Below are positions 25,240-36,090 of a stretch of 64,000 bases of DNA, in pieces. The translations under genes and the position numbers were made by a program. The DNA is taken from IMG/VR virus record IMGVR_UViG_3300022555_000054; one strand, written 5' to 3'. The notes beneath the pieces were generated by a model. That model searched no databases, was not told where the DNA came from, and saw only the letters and a list, made by a program, of their open reading frames with translations. Origin of the DNA: an uncultured virus (IMG/VR IMGVR_UViG_3300022555_000054). Lineage: Duplodnaviria > Heunggongvirae > Uroviricota > Caudoviricetes. The stretch's first letter is position 1. The number at the start of each line of letters is the position of its first letter.

Positions 25240-28200
25240 ATGTCCGACATTACGCTTGCGATTGGCGTTCAAGCCGATGGTGCGGTTCAGAGCGTCAATG
25301 CGCTCTCCGACGCCCTCTCCCGGCTTTCGACGCAGGGCAGCGGCGCTCTCGATATCACCGGCAAGATCAGCCAAGCATGGCGCGGCGGCGATAGCTTCGG
25401 CGGCATCTCTCAGCAGTTCGACCGGCTGAATGGGTCGATACAGCAGGTGTCGCAGTCGATTGATCAGCTTGGTCAGCGGTTCACGGCCAGTTCCGGTCAG
25501 ATCACGGGCGCCATCAATTCTCAGACGACTGCGCTCAAAGGCTTGCTTGAGGTTATAGCGCAGCAAGGAACCGCTGCAAATCAGGCAGCTGTTGCTCAAA
25601 AAGCCGCGCAGGAAGCTATATCCCAGTCGTCGAAGGCCGCACTTACCGACATGAAGGCCGAGACTGAACTCGGAAAACAGCGTGTCCTTGAAGAGAACGC
25701 CAATGCCGCCGCAATGCTTGGGCTGGAGCGTGACCTTCGGGCACAACGGCAGGCGCTGCGTTTAGCCGAGGAAACATCACGCAAAGCTGAACGTGACAAC
25801 CGCATCGAAGCGACGAGGCAAGAAGTCGCGGCTGAATCCGAAGCTGCAAGAACGATTAATTCCGCTCGCAATGCCGCTCGGTTCGGCGGCGCCGATATGC
25901 GGGCCGACCAGTCGCTATCTCAAACCGGAGGCGTGAACTGGGTCAAGAGTTCACTGGCTAATCAACAGCGAGAGAACGACGCGATTTTCAGCTCGTGGCG
26001 GTCTCAGTTATCCCAGATGGCGGATGCCGATAAGGAGTTTGAAAAAAGTGTAAACCGCGCCCACGCCGAAGCTGTCCAAATAAACAAGTCTATTGATCGG
26101 CAGTATTTGGCTGACTACAAAGCAACTTTAAATGAGGCGCACGCGCTTAATAAATCGTTTAATACCCAGAAGTTGTCTGCTGGCGATGATGGCTCTAATC
26201 TATCGAAAAGAAATCAGGAGCGCGAGGAATATCAGGCATTCGTGCGCAAGCAGCAGGCTGACGCAGCGTCGTGGCAAAAGGAGCAAGGCGATCTTTGGAA
26301 GACATCCGCTGGATCGCGGAAGGCCACCGAGAAAGAGCTTGACGCCCTTGCTCAGAGCCAATTCGACAACAGGAAGAAGAGCATAAAAGAGACGCTTGAC
26401 GGATATAAGGAAAACACTACTGCTGTAGGGAATCATAAAGCTGCCGTTGATGAATTAACGAAGTCCTACGCGCTGAATGGCGGACAGATTCGCGAGATGA
26501 TGGTCATCTTGCATGAGTTTGGGACTGGGCAAGACGCGCGCATCCCTGGATCGCTGTTCGTTTTGTTAGCAGAGCGTGGATTTAGCCTCACCAATGCCGT
26601 AGAGGCAATGGCAGCCGCCACGGAGATATCGGCTGGGGCCTTCGGATTGCTCGCAGGCACAGGCGTCGCCGCCGTTGCCACGCTGGCGACTATCGGAGCC
26701 GCCGCCGCCCAGACTGGGCGGCAGATGACCGAGTTGAAGATTGCGCTTAAGGCATCTGGCGGCGGGGTCGGGCTGACCGCCGGACAGATTGACCAGATGG
26801 CGGTATCCGCATCGTCTCATGTGGCGTCGAGCAACTATCGAGCCATCGCAAACGACGCGATGAATCAGGGGAACATCGGCCCGGCCGCGCTCCAGAATAT
26901 CATGGGCCTGACGGCCAACTACGCGGCTGTTACCGGACAGGATGCAGAGGAAGCCGGCAAAGCCCTGGTCAAAATGTTCGAGAATCCGGCGGCGGCAGCT
27001 AAAAAGCTCGACGACGCTTATCATATTCTTGGCTATTCAGAAGTCGAGTTTATCCACAGACTTCAGGAAGCTGGAAACCTTGAGGGCGCGCAAGCCGAAT
27101 TGGCGAGCAAGCTCAACACCCAATACAAAGGGCTGGCGGATGAAGGGCTAAACTGGGTTGGCCGCCGGTTACGTGATGCTGCTGAGGCGTGGAAGTTTTA
27201 CTATGACGCGGCGGGTAATATCGGAAAGTCTTCATCGTCGGAAACATCGTCCCAGATCAGTGATCGCATCGCGGCGGCGAAAACGCCAAGTAGCCTCGGT
27301 GGCGAATCATCGCCTGAGCAGATCGCGGCCCTTAATGCCAAGCTGCAACAGGCCCAAAAGCAAGAGGCTGATGCGCAGTCGCGCGCTGATCTCGCATCGG
27401 CCAATCGGCAAATCAGCGCCGGAATGGCGCTCGCCAATCAAGCTATGCCGTTTGAGCAACAGCAGCGGGCAATTCAGGGCCAGATTGATGCAACGCAGCG
27501 CGCTCTTGATGAGAACGAACGATATGGGGAATCAGTCAGGAATGTTGGTGGTGATACATTAAACTATGAAAGGCAGGCGCAATCCCTTTATCAAACGCTC
27601 GGAGCACTTGCCGACAAGGCTAACAGCGCTCAGACGGCGTTCAGTGCGCTTCGGCAGGAACTTTCCCACAATACCATGTCAGGGTTTGTTGCCCCAGGAG
27701 AAGAGCGCCAGATATTTGACGCGATGGACGCTGCGAGGAAAAAGTATGAGAGCGATCCTTCCGTAAGGACCGGGGGGGTTACGAAGGATCAATTCGTCAA
27801 CGCCCAAGCCGATATTGTCCGCCAGCAACAAGCCAATGCGGCGCGAGACGCTGCCGAATACAATAACGCTCAGGCGGATATTAACGAAAAGATCGCAGAT
27901 GCTGAGCGTAAGCATCAGGACGAATTGGTCGATAAGTACCGCCGTGAAATGTCCGTTCTCCAGCAGACGCACGGGAGAAGACCTGAAACCGCGCAGGTTC
28001 TCGGGAGTTCTATCGACAGGCTGACGGCTTCGCAGCAGGGAATACAGAACGCTAGGGATGATCGGAGGGAAGCCGACAAATCGCCATCTTCCAAAGGCGA
28101 AGACGCCACCGCCCGTATTCTTGCCCAGGCCGATGCAGAGAAGAAGCTGGCCGATGCCTGGGCCACCGGCAACGTCGCCGAAGTCCACCGGGTCGAGCTT

Positions 28201-31200
28201 GAGAAGGCCATTGCGCTTGCCTCTGTCGGCAAGACGGATGAGCAGAAGGCGAGCATTGATGCCGCGATGCGCGAGGCTGATGCGTCGAAACAGTTGCTGA
28301 CCGCCGAGCAGCACCGCTACGCCCAAATGCAGCAGATGAACGCTGCGAACCAGAATATGTCCTATCTCGGCATGGGCGAGGACGCGGCCAAGCGTGCGAA
28401 GGCCGAGAACGATGTAACGAAATGGTACAGGGACCAGTATGGTGCTATTGCTGACCTGAATCCCGAAATCCGCAAGGTCTACGAGGACGAACTCGCCCGC
28501 GCCGACGCCATCGCGAACCAGACCATCGCCTACGAGCAGCAGAAAGCCGCCCTCGACGAACTGGGCAAGTTCGGCGATCAGGTCTTCGACCGCATGGGCA
28601 CGGCGATTACCCAGGCGTTTACCCAGGGCAACGGCGCCGCGATCAACTTCAAGAGCATCCTCCAGGGCATCCAGTCGGAGATCACGCAGGAACTACTCAA
28701 GCTCGCGGTGATAAATCCAATAAAAAATTACATCAATGGTGGGTCAAGCCTGCCGATGCTTACGAGCATTTCTAATGCATTTGGCCTATCTTCATCAGGT
28801 AGTTCGGCGCCTCAACAACTAACGACATCCAACTTTTTCTCACAATCACCAAACGTAGCAAATAGCAACGGATCGTATGGCGGTTATAATCCAGGTATTC
28901 AAGTTGTTGGGGGAAGCACTCCAGGGATGTTGACCAGCGCGACAACAGCATCGTCTGGTTCTGGAGTTATGGGCCAGTTAAATAACCTCGCATCTATGGC
29001 AAGCATCGGTGAAAAGGTATCAAATTTCTTCTCAAACGGATACACGGGAAGTTGGCTACAGGGAATCTTCGGTGGTGGGAGTGCGGCCAGTTACTCTGCA
29101 TCCGATAGCGCGGTGTTGGGGAATCTAACTGGGGCGATTTCTGAAACAGGTGCAACGGATATGACCGCCGGGATGGTGACTCCCGCATCCGCCGGTGGCG
29201 GCTTTATGTCTGGGGCTGGCGGAAGCACTGCTGCGGAAACCGCGACAGGGACAATGGCCGGGGCCGGTATGTCCTCGTATCTCCCCTATGCCGGAGCAGC
29301 GATCAACAGCATCACGAACTTCTCCCAAGGCAACACGGGAGCCGGCATCGGAAGCTTGGTCGGCGGCATAGCTGGAGCCTATTTCGGGCCTATCGGCTCG
29401 ATGGCCGGCTCGATGATTGGCGGCATGATCGGCGGCCTGTTCGACGGTGGCTCCGAGCACGGCCCTGCCGCCACCGGCTCGATTGAAACCGGCGGCGCCA
29501 CCCACGGGATGAACTCCCCGGTCAACGGAAACCAAGACGCCGCCTGGAACGCCGACGCCGGCCGGTTGATCGGCGTCACGTCCTCGTCGCAGCTCGACCC
29601 GAACACTTGGTACGCCAACACGAACAGCGAATCGGTACGTGGTGGCGACGGCGGGTCCATGTCCTCGCTGGCTAAAAGCACCGCCGACAGCTTGAACGCC
29701 TTCATGGCTCAGTACAACCTGACCATGACGAAGCAGGCATCGGCCCTGATGATCTCGGGGGACAACTCGAACCCCGGCTACGGCTCGACCGATGCCCTGA
29801 TGATGGCCCTCGCCAACAACAAGATGATGGCCGGCAGCGGTGACGTCGGTCAGGTCATGCAGGCCGGTGGATGGAAGGATACCAAGACGCTCCAAGCTGC
29901 GCTCCAGGCGGCATCTGGCGTCGATACTTCGTACAAGGCCCTCAACGAGAACTCGTATCAGCAGAAGCAGGACCAGCTCGACCAGCAGTTCGCGGCTCAG
30001 AAGGCCCAGGCGACGCAGTACGGCTATAGCACCGATCAGCTCACCGCCATCTACAACCAGAACACCCTCTACAACAACCAGGACCAAGCCGCCGCCGCCA
30101 ACTCGAACAGCGCCGCTCTGGCATCTCGGGCTGCCGCGCTGACTGGCGGATCGCTCGACACGACAGCCGCCTCTCTCAAGGCGTCCCAGGCCGAGGAGAT
30201 GCTCAAGGCCCAGCGCGACCACACGACGGATACCACGAAGCTGGCGGCGGTCCAGGATCAAGAATACGCCCAGACGATGGCCGACGCTGCGGCCAAGCTC
30301 CAGACCGTTCAGACCACGCTTGCGGCCAAGGGCATGGCCGACCTCGGTCAGGTCGTCAATGCGGCTTGGGCGCAGATCGCGCAGCAGGGCTATAACACGG
30401 TCCTGGACGCGGCCAAGAATGGGCAGGACGTGAGCCAAGCATCGGCGATTGCCGCAGTGGACGCGGCCAAGGCGCAGTTGCAGGCGGTGATTTCCTCGGC
30501 GCAGAGCCAGATCAGCGTCCTCCAGACCGAGTTGCAGCAGTCTGGCAGCCTGCGCGATGCCGTTACGTCGATGCAGGACTCTCGACTGACGCCGCAGCAG
30601 GCGTATGACACCGCGATCAGCCGGTTCCAGACGACGCTCACGGCGGCGCAGGGCGGCAATCTGGACGCGCTCGGCAAGGTCACGGCCTACGGCCAAGCGG
30701 CGGTGAACGCCGAGAGCACGGTCTACGGCGGGACGCAGACCACGGTCTTCGATCAGGTGACGACTGGGCTGGCCGGACTTGCCGACCAGATCGACGCTCA
30801 GAACGGCATCCAGTACGACGCCGCGATGGCGCAGCTCAATGCCCTCCAGACCATTGCGCTCAACACCCAGAAGCAGCTCACGGCGTCCACGGACTCGGTG
30901 TCCGCGCTCCAGGGGTACGAGGCCACCGCGACCGCCGCCTACGCCCAGGCGACGGCTCAGCTCGCCTCGATGGCCGGCACGTTCAGCTCGGCGGTCTCGA
31001 CGATCCCGGCCTTGACGGCTGCCGTCAACACAGTCGCCCAGATTTCGGCCGGTGTGTCGAGCGTGGTGACCTCGGCGCTGAGCGGGGGGTCCAGCAGTTC
31101 CGGTTCGGGGGGTGCAGGTTCGTCGTCCAGCGCTCCGGCTTGGGCGAGTCAGATTGACCTCTCAGCGTACAACACCTCCGGAGCCGCTGCGAACATCAAC

Positions 31201-31818
31201 GCCTTCCGTACGTCTGATAACCCGCAGCAATACGGGCTGCTGTACGACATGATAAGCGGCTCGAACAATGCAACGACCGCTGGCTCTAAGTACGATTTCG
31301 GCACTCAGTCCGTGGCATACCAAGCGTATAACGCGGCGGTTAGCCCTAACGCTTATCAAAGCGCGCTGCTAACCACCGTCGGAAACGCCCTGTACGGCTC
31401 CGTCCCTTCGGGAGCGCAGATCGGAGCCCTTTACTACTTGCTGCTTAACGGACCTTCTAGCAAGCCCGGCGTCAATAAGTCCGACTTCAGCTCGAACGAG
31501 GCGATTCTCGGAATCTCTGGGTTCGCCTCCGGTGGTGACTTCGGAGGCGGCCTGCGCATCGTCGGCGAGCGCGGGCCAGAGCTTGAGGCCACCGGCCCGG
31601 CCCGGATATGGAACGCCGATCAGACGCGACGGATAGTCGGCGGTGATAACTCGGACCTCCTGGCGGAACTCCAGGCACTGCGGGCCGAGGTCGCCGCTCT
31701 CAGGCAGGCCACCGCCGCCGGCGCCATGCACGTCGCCGATACGGTGTCTGCGGGGAATAACCGCCTCGCCACCGCCGCTGAGCATGCGGCTTATCAACCC
31801 CGCGCGGTGGCGGCGTAA
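25240..31818 (+). CDS. Tail tape measure protein (2192 aa)
   Basis: Very long Ala/Gln-rich helical ORF after the chaperones; lambda-type GLTAGQI..MA segment; glycine-zipper region; C-terminal GFASGG.FGGG.RIVGERGPELE. Confidence 0.95.
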   Translation: MSDITLAIGVQADGAVQSVNALSDALSRLSTQGSGALDITGKISQAWRGGDSFGGISQQFDRLNGSIQQVSQSIDQLGQRFTASSGQITGAINSQTTALKGLLEVIAQQGTAANQAAVAQKAAQEAISQSSKAALTDMKAETELGKQRVLEENANAAAMLGLERDLRAQRQALRLAEETSRKAERDNRIEATRQEVAAESEAARTINSARNAARFGGADMRADQSLSQTGGVNWVKSSLANQQRENDAIFSSWRSQLSQMADADKEFEKSVNRAHAEAVQINKSIDRQYLADYKATLNEAHALNKSFNTQKLSAGDDGSNLSKRNQEREEYQAFVRKQQADAASWQKEQGDLWKTSAGSRKATEKELDALAQSQFDNRKKSIKETLDGYKENTTAVGNHKAAVDELTKSYALNGGQIREMMVILHEFGTGQDARIPGSLFVLLAERGFSLTNAVEAMAAATEISAGAFGLLAGTGVAAVATLATIGAAAAQTGRQMTELKIALKASGGGVGLTAGQIDQMAVSASSHVASSNYRAIANDAMNQGNIGPAALQNIMGLTANYAAVTGQDAEEAGKALVKMFENPAAAAKKLDDAYHILGYSEVEFIHRLQEAGNLEGAQAELASKLNTQYKGLADEGLNWVGRRLRDAAEAWKFYYDAAGNIGKSSSSETSSQISDRIAAAKTPSSLGGESSPEQIAALNAKLQQAQKQEADAQSRADLASANRQISAGMALANQAMPFEQQQRAIQGQIDATQRALDENERYGESVRNVGGDTLNYERQAQSLYQTLGALADKANSAQTAFSALRQELSHNTMSGFVAPGEERQIFDAMDAARKKYESDPSVRTGGVTKDQFVNAQADIVRQQQANAARDAAEYNNAQADINEKIADAERKHQDELVDKYRREMSVLQQTHGRRPETAQVLGSSIDRLTASQQGIQNARDDRREADKSPSSKGEDATARILAQADAEKKLADAWATGNVAEVHRVELEKAIALASVGKTDEQKASIDAAMREADASKQLLTAEQHRYAQMQQMNAANQNMSYLGMGEDAAKRAKAENDVTKWYRDQYGAIADLNPEIRKVYEDELARADAIANQTIAYEQQKAALDELGKFGDQVFDRMGTAITQAFTQGNGAAINFKSILQGIQSEITQELLKLAVINPIKNYINGGSSLPMLTSISNAFGLSSSGSSAPQQLTTSNFFSQSPNVANSNGSYGGYNPGIQVVGGSTPGMLTSATTASSGSGVMGQLNNLASMASIGEKVSNFFSNGYTGSWLQGIFGGGSAASYSASDSAVLGNLTGAISETGATDMTAGMVTPASAGGGFMSGAGGSTAAETATGTMAGAGMSSYLPYAGAAINSITNFSQGNTGAGIGSLVGGIAGAYFGPIGSMAGSMIGGMIGGLFDGGSEHGPAATGSIETGGATHGMNSPVNGNQDAAWNADAGRLIGVTSSSQLDPNTWYANTNSESVRGGDGGSMSSLAKSTADSLNAFMAQYNLTMTKQASALMISGDNSNPGYGSTDALMMALANNKMMAGSGDVGQVMQAGGWKDTKTLQAALQAASGVDTSYKALNENSYQQKQDQLDQQFAAQKAQATQYGYSTDQLTAIYNQNTLYNNQDQAAAANSNSAALASRAAALTGGSLDTTAASLKASQAEEMLKAQRDHTTDTTKLAAVQDQEYAQTMADAAAKLQTVQTTLAAKGMADLGQVVNAAWAQIAQQGYNTVLDAAKNGQDVSQASAIAAVDAAKAQLQAVISSAQSQISVLQTELQQSGSLRDAVTSMQDSRLTPQQAYDTAISRFQTTLTAAQGGNLDALGKVTAYGQAAVNAESTVYGGTQTTVFDQVTTGLAGLADQIDAQNGIQYDAAMAQLNALQTIALNTQKQLTASTDSVSALQGYEATATAAYAQATAQLASMAGTFSSAVSTIPALTAAVNTVAQISAGVSSVVTSALSGGSSSSGSGGAGSSSSAPAWASQIDLSAYNTSGAAANINAFRTSDNPQQYGLLYDMISGSNNATTAGSKYDFGTQSVAYQAYNAAVSPNAYQSALLTTVGNALYGSVPSGAQIGALYYLLLNGPSSKPGVNKSDFSSNEAILGISGFASGGDFGGGLRIVGERGPELEATGPARIWNADQTRRIVGGDNSDLLAELQALRAEVAALRQATAAGAMHVADTVSAGNNRLATAAEHAAYQPRAVAA

Positions 31819-31820
31819 TC

Positions 31821-33467
31821 ATGGACATCCTCTTCGAGCAGTCCGCCATTGATACCGGCGGAAACGCCGTCGTGCGCCGGTTCGGCGGCACGGCGTTTAC
31901 GACCGCCCCCACGGATAGCCCGTCGAACACCGTCTACCTGCCGCTGATCCGCACCGCCGGCAGCTTCGAACGGCACTCCTGGAGCAAAGGCGCCACCACC
32001 GGCCGCAGCCAAGCCGGGTTCGGCGCAATCCGAGTGGCGAACACCAAGGTGAACGGCGTTTGGCTGCTGGACAGCCTCGTCCATGACGCGGTCGACGGCC
32101 AGCCGTTTGTGATCCGGATGGGAGATGGCAATAGCCTGTCGGGATATCCGGTCTATGCCACCGGGATCACCAAGGCGATCCAGCCGGGGTGGGACTACAT
32201 CGATTACATCCTCAATGACCAGACGTCGTTTCTCTGGGATTTGCCTCTCCAACAGACGAAGTACCTGGGCACGAACTCGGGGGGCACCGGCCTAGAAGGG
32301 CTCGCAACCGACCTCATCGGAACGATCAAGCCGATGCTGGTCGGCAAAGTCCAGAACATCAGTCCTCCGCTCGCCAATGCGGTGCAACTCGTCTATCAGG
32401 TGGACGACGGCGGCGCCAAGCTGCCGATGACGCTTACGGTTTACAGCAGCCGCAACGTCGTCACGCCCGGCACCCAGCGCGCCACCCTGGCGCTGCTACA
32501 GAGCAACACACCGACCAGCAGCACATACGATTGGTACGCTGGCCCAGAGGGTTGGTACTTCAAGCTCTGCGTCGGGATTGTTGGCCGCATCACCTGCGAT
32601 GTCGCCGAGGGCGCATCGTCTGATCGCACCATCGCGCAGACCACCAGCCGACTGATCACGCGCGTCGCCAGTAAATACCCAGGGTACGCGATCCCAGCTA
32701 TCGACGGGATCACGACGCTGGATGGTAAATTCTTGGCGGAAGTCGGGGGCTGGACGATCAGCGATACCACTCTCGGGGCCACCCTTGATGTGATCCTGGC
32801 AAGCGGGGGATGCTACCTCGCCGACAAGCGCGTGACTGGCTTGAACCTTGGCCGGCTTGAAGACCCCGACACGCTGCCGAGCGCATTGACGCTTTCTGAG
32901 TGGCAGATAGTCAACCTGACCCTCTCGGCACCGAACGATTCCGGCATTGGTCTCCGGGTGGGATCGACAGGGTTCGGGATTTACGCCAGCAACCCGATCT
33001 ACAGCGCGCAAGGAACCGTCGCAGGAATCCCGCCTTGGCAGGTAATGCTCGACTACGGTCAGAATTACACGATCATGACCGAGACAGACCTTCCGTCAGA
33101 TAGCGCAACAGATGTTGCATTCACTAAGGTTCAATTCCGAACGGTCATGGCGAGCGACACGTCCGTTCTTGCAGCTCACTTAAAGGCACCTGAGTTTGAC
33201 CTAACCACTCTTCTCCGGTTTCAAGCCGACGCGCAGACGGAAGCAAACCGCCAACTCGCGCTCCGTAAGGTGCAGCGGGTAGTCGTTAGTGTGCAGGTGC
33301 CGAGCAATTTCGCGGCTTCACTAGACTTGGGAAGCGCGTTCACTCTCGCGCTGGCAAGGTTTGGCTGGGATGCGGGGCGCAACTTCCTCTGCATCGGTCT
33401 TATAGAAAATTACGGGGACTACCAAACCCCGGCGACAACCACAATCATCGGATGGGGGCTACTATGA
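31821..33467 (+). CDS. Tail tip/hub protein
   Basis: KPMLVGKVQNISP and LVYQV motifs; follows the tape measure gene. Confidence 0.7.
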   Translation: MDILFEQSAIDTGGNAVVRRFGGTAFTTAPTDSPSNTVYLPLIRTAGSFERHSWSKGATTGRSQAGFGAIRVANTKVNGVWLLDSLVHDAVDGQPFVIRMGDGNSLSGYPVYATGITKAIQPGWDYIDYILNDQTSFLWDLPLQQTKYLGTNSGGTGLEGLATDLIGTIKPMLVGKVQNISPPLANAVQLVYQVDDGGAKLPMTLTVYSSRNVVTPGTQRATLALLQSNTPTSSTYDWYAGPEGWYFKLCVGIVGRITCDVAEGASSDRTIAQTTSRLITRVASKYPGYAIPAIDGITTLDGKFLAEVGGWTISDTTLGATLDVILASGGCYLADKRVTGLNLGRLEDPDTLPSALTLSEWQIVNLTLSAPNDSGIGLRVGSTGFGIYASNPIYSAQGTVAGIPPWQVMLDYGQNYTIMTETDLPSDSATDVAFTKVQFRTVMASDTSVLAAHLKAPEFDLTTLLRFQADAQTEANRQLALRKVQRVVVSVQVPSNFAASLDLGSAFTLALARFGWDAGRNFLCIGLIENYGDYQTPATTTIIGWGLL

Positions 33468-33865
33468 CTTTACTTTGCAGCACCGCGATCACGACAGCGG
33501 TCACCGGCTCTATCCAAACCGCCCAGACAGGCTTCGGTAAGGTCACCGCCCTCACCATCGAGGCGGCCTTTACCTACGTCGCATCAGCCGCAACAACGGT
33601 CGATGCCTACGTCCAGACCAGCATCGACGGCGGCACGACCTGGATCGACATCGCCAACTTCCACTTCACCACTGCGTCGGCGACGAACATCGTCAACGTG
33701 AGCGGCCTGACCGCCGTTACGACGCCGACCGCGATCACGGACGGCAGCATCGCGAACAACACGGTTCAGCAGGGCGTCCTCGGCGAGCGCTACCGGGTCA
33801 AGATCACGTCGGTTGGCACTTACGGCGCCGGCACCACTCTGATCGTCAACGTCGCGGCGCGGTAA
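33464..33865 (+). CDS. Virion structural protein (beta-rich)
   Basis: VQTSIDGGTTWIDIA and RYRV motifs; ATGA coupling. Confidence 0.65.
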   Translation: MTLLCSTAITTAVTGSIQTAQTGFGKVTALTIEAAFTYVASAATTVDAYVQTSIDGGTTWIDIANFHFTTASATNIVNVSGLTAVTTPTAITDGSIANNTVQQGVLGERYRVKITSVGTYGAGTTLIVNVAAR

Positions 33866-33871
33866 ACGATC

Positions 33872-34759
33872 ATGACCGCATCCGCCTCGAACTGCTTGCT
33901 CTGCACCCAGAATTACGTGGACGTGAATGGGCTCTACGCGCCTACGTTCTCAGGGGGATTGTGGTCGGATACTTTGCCTCTGACCAACCTGCAAAACCCG
34001 ATGCTGGCTTACAAGGCGCGGTCGGCGAGTTGCGTTCCGTCGGACACCTCGTTTGTCTGCGACCTCGGGGTGACGCGATCGATCATGGCCGTCGTCATCC
34101 CGGCTCCGCATAACCTGAGCCAGAGCGCGTCCTACACGATCAGCGTCTTCAAAGACGCCGCTCTCACCGTCCTCGCAGGTACATACTCTGGCGTTCTTTC
34201 TCCAGTGGTATTCCCATTTGGAACGGTGCCGTTCGAAGACCAGCATTGGTATAATGGGCAGTATACCCCGGAAGAGTTCAACAACTTTAAGGTTCCTGTG
34301 GTCGCTCTATTCACCACTGCGGTACTGGGGCGATATGTCCAGGTGCTGATAACCGACCAGAGCAACCCGTATGGTTACATCGAACTGTCTCGCCTGTTCG
34401 TTTCCCCAGGTTATCAGCCGTTCTACAATATGAGCTATGGGGCTCAGCTTGTCCCGGTTGACCCGTCCGTCGTGACGAAGACGATTGGTGGATACAGAGC
34501 TTTCGATGCTCGGCCGAAATACCGTGAATTCCATCTGGCTATCCAGACCCTCCCAAACCAGGAAGCTCTGTCTTCGGTCTTCGATCAGCAATTCGCGCTC
34601 GGCTTGTCTGGTCAGGTATTCTTCTCGGCCAACCCGAAAGACATAACCAACCTCCATCGCGTGTCGTTCCTTGCGAACCTGAGCAAGTTGAACCCAATCA
34701 CGATGGCTTACTACGGATACTCGGGCGTCGCTTACGACCTGATCGAAGTCGTCGCCTAA
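33872..34759 (+). CDS. Distal tail-like protein
   Basis: LPLTNLQ, HNLS, RYVQV.ITD..NP.GYIELSRLFV, NMSYG; position. Confidence 0.65.
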   Translation: MTASASNCLLCTQNYVDVNGLYAPTFSGGLWSDTLPLTNLQNPMLAYKARSASCVPSDTSFVCDLGVTRSIMAVVIPAPHNLSQSASYTISVFKDAALTVLAGTYSGVLSPVVFPFGTVPFEDQHWYNGQYTPEEFNNFKVPVVALFTTAVLGRYVQVLITDQSNPYGYIELSRLFVSPGYQPFYNMSYGAQLVPVDPSVVTKTIGGYRAFDARPKYREFHLAIQTLPNQEALSSVFDQQFALGLSGQVFFSANPKDITNLHRVSFLANLSKLNPITMAYYGYSGVAYDLIEVVA

Positions 34760-34814
34760 GAACTCGAACGCATCGTCTGAAATGCCTCGATTGGCCTCTT
34801 GCTAGGGGACTGAT

Positions 34815-36071
34815 ATGTCTACAGTTACGCTCAACGGAAACCCCTATCCTGACAATATTCTGTCGGGGTTCGGGTATTTAACCCCTGGGGCATTTGGTGA
34901 TGTCTACCCGCTCTGGCAAAAGATGTGGGTGGACGGTAAGGCTGACCTCGGGACGTCTTCGACCCTGGCGCAAAACTGGGCGTCTCTGACCGGATCGCTG
35001 GTCGCCTCGACGGACTATTCAGCCAAGGAATGGGCGCAGGGAACAACGGCGTTATCGTCCAAGAGCTGGGCCACCCTCACCGGGGCTTATGTCACCGGCA
35101 CCAGCCTAAGCGCCCAGGAATGGGCCGCCGGCACGTATAAGCGCGGCGCGGCCGGTTTTGGCTCTGCTAAGGACTGGGCGACCCTGTTGGCGGCGACCGC
35201 CGACAACGCGGAATATTCTGCGAAAGAATATGCCATCGGGATGACGGTTGCGGCCGGGTCTTCCAAGAGCTGGGCGACGCTTACCGGGGCCTACGTCACC
35301 GGCACATCCCTCTCAGCGCAGGAGTGGGCCACGGGGACTTACAAGCGAGGTTCGGCTGGCTATGGGTCGGCTCAAGACTGGGCGATGTATATCGGCGGAA
35401 CGGTTGACGGCACGAACTACAGCGCCAAGTACAACGCGAATTTGGCGGCGGCCTCGGCCACTGCGGCAGCGGCGTCTGTCGTCGCCCTAAGCGACACCAG
35501 CAGCACCAGCCTCACCATCGGAACCGGCTCGAATACTTTCACCGTCTCGGCTGGAAAGCAGTTCATCACGGGCGAGTTCATCACCGCCGCCTACACGACC
35601 ACGCCCGCGAACTATATGCACGGGCAGGTGACGAGTTACAGCGGCACGACCCTGATCGTCAATGTCACGGACGTCGGTGGGTCCGGGACTTACAGCGCCT
35701 GGACGATCAGTCCCTCAGGGAGCCAAGGCACGACAGGCGCATCGGGCGCCAACACCATCCTCCAGGGCGGCGCCGCCGGCGGAACAGCCAACGCTTTGAC
35801 CGTCAGCACCCAGGGCGCGATCTCGACGGCGCTCAGGGGCTATCACGTCACCGTGACGACGGGAGGTTCCGCCAGCAGCGCCACGTCCGCGACGCTCTCG
35901 GTGGACACTTCCGGCGTCAAGTCGATCTCGATCAACGGCAGCACGACTCTGGCCTTGGGCGCTCTCCCGGCCAACACCACCCTCAGCTTCGACTTCGACG
36001 GTACCAACTGGCAACTAGCTGGCGGCTCTGGATCGTCTGACTTTGACCAAAGCTGGCTTTACGCATTCTAG
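34815..36071 (+). CDS. Tail fibre protein with SAK(E/S/D)WA repeats
   Basis: About nine SAxxWA-type repeats; STSLTIGTG and GQVTSYSGTTL domain; FDGTNWQL end. Confidence 0.8.
   Translation: MSTVTLNGNPYPDNILSGFGYLTPGAFGDVYPLWQKMWVDGKADLGTSSTLAQNWASLTGSLVASTDYSAKEWAQGTTALSSKSWATLTGAYVTGTSLSAQEWAAGTYKRGAAGFGSAKDWATLLAATADNAEYSAKEYAIGMTVAAGSSKSWATLTGAYVTGTSLSAQEWATGTYKRGSAGYGSAQDWAMYIGGTVDGTNYSAKYNANLAAASATAAAASVVALSDTSSTSLTIGTGSNTFTVSAGKQFITGEFITAAYTTTPANYMHGQVTSYSGTTLIVNVTDVGGSGTYSAWTISPSGSQGTTGASGANTILQGGAAGGTANALTVSTQGAISTALRGYHVTVTTGGSASSATSATLSVDTSGVKSISINGSTTLALGALPANTTLSFDFDGTNWQLAGGSGSSDFDQSWLYAF
35058..35384 (+). repeat. Internal duplication in the tail fibre gene (35058-35180 vs 35262-35384, period 204 nt)
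   Basis: SKSWATLTGAYVTGTSLSAQEWA.GTYKRG.AG.GSA.DWA occurs twice; differences are mostly synonymous. Confidence 0.9.
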
Positions 36072-36090
36072 TTCTGAAGGAGAAAACGAA

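Noticed and set aside
29125..30696. 523-aa minus-strand ORF and similar long antisense ORFs (11950-13242, 14120-15169, 22837-24144)
   Set aside because: Shadow ORFs caused by high-GC3 codon bias on the coding strand; no motifs or RBS.
35058..35384. Tail fibre duplication as a DGR or invertible segment
   Set aside because: Both copies are coding, in frame and direct; no RT or invertase is present.
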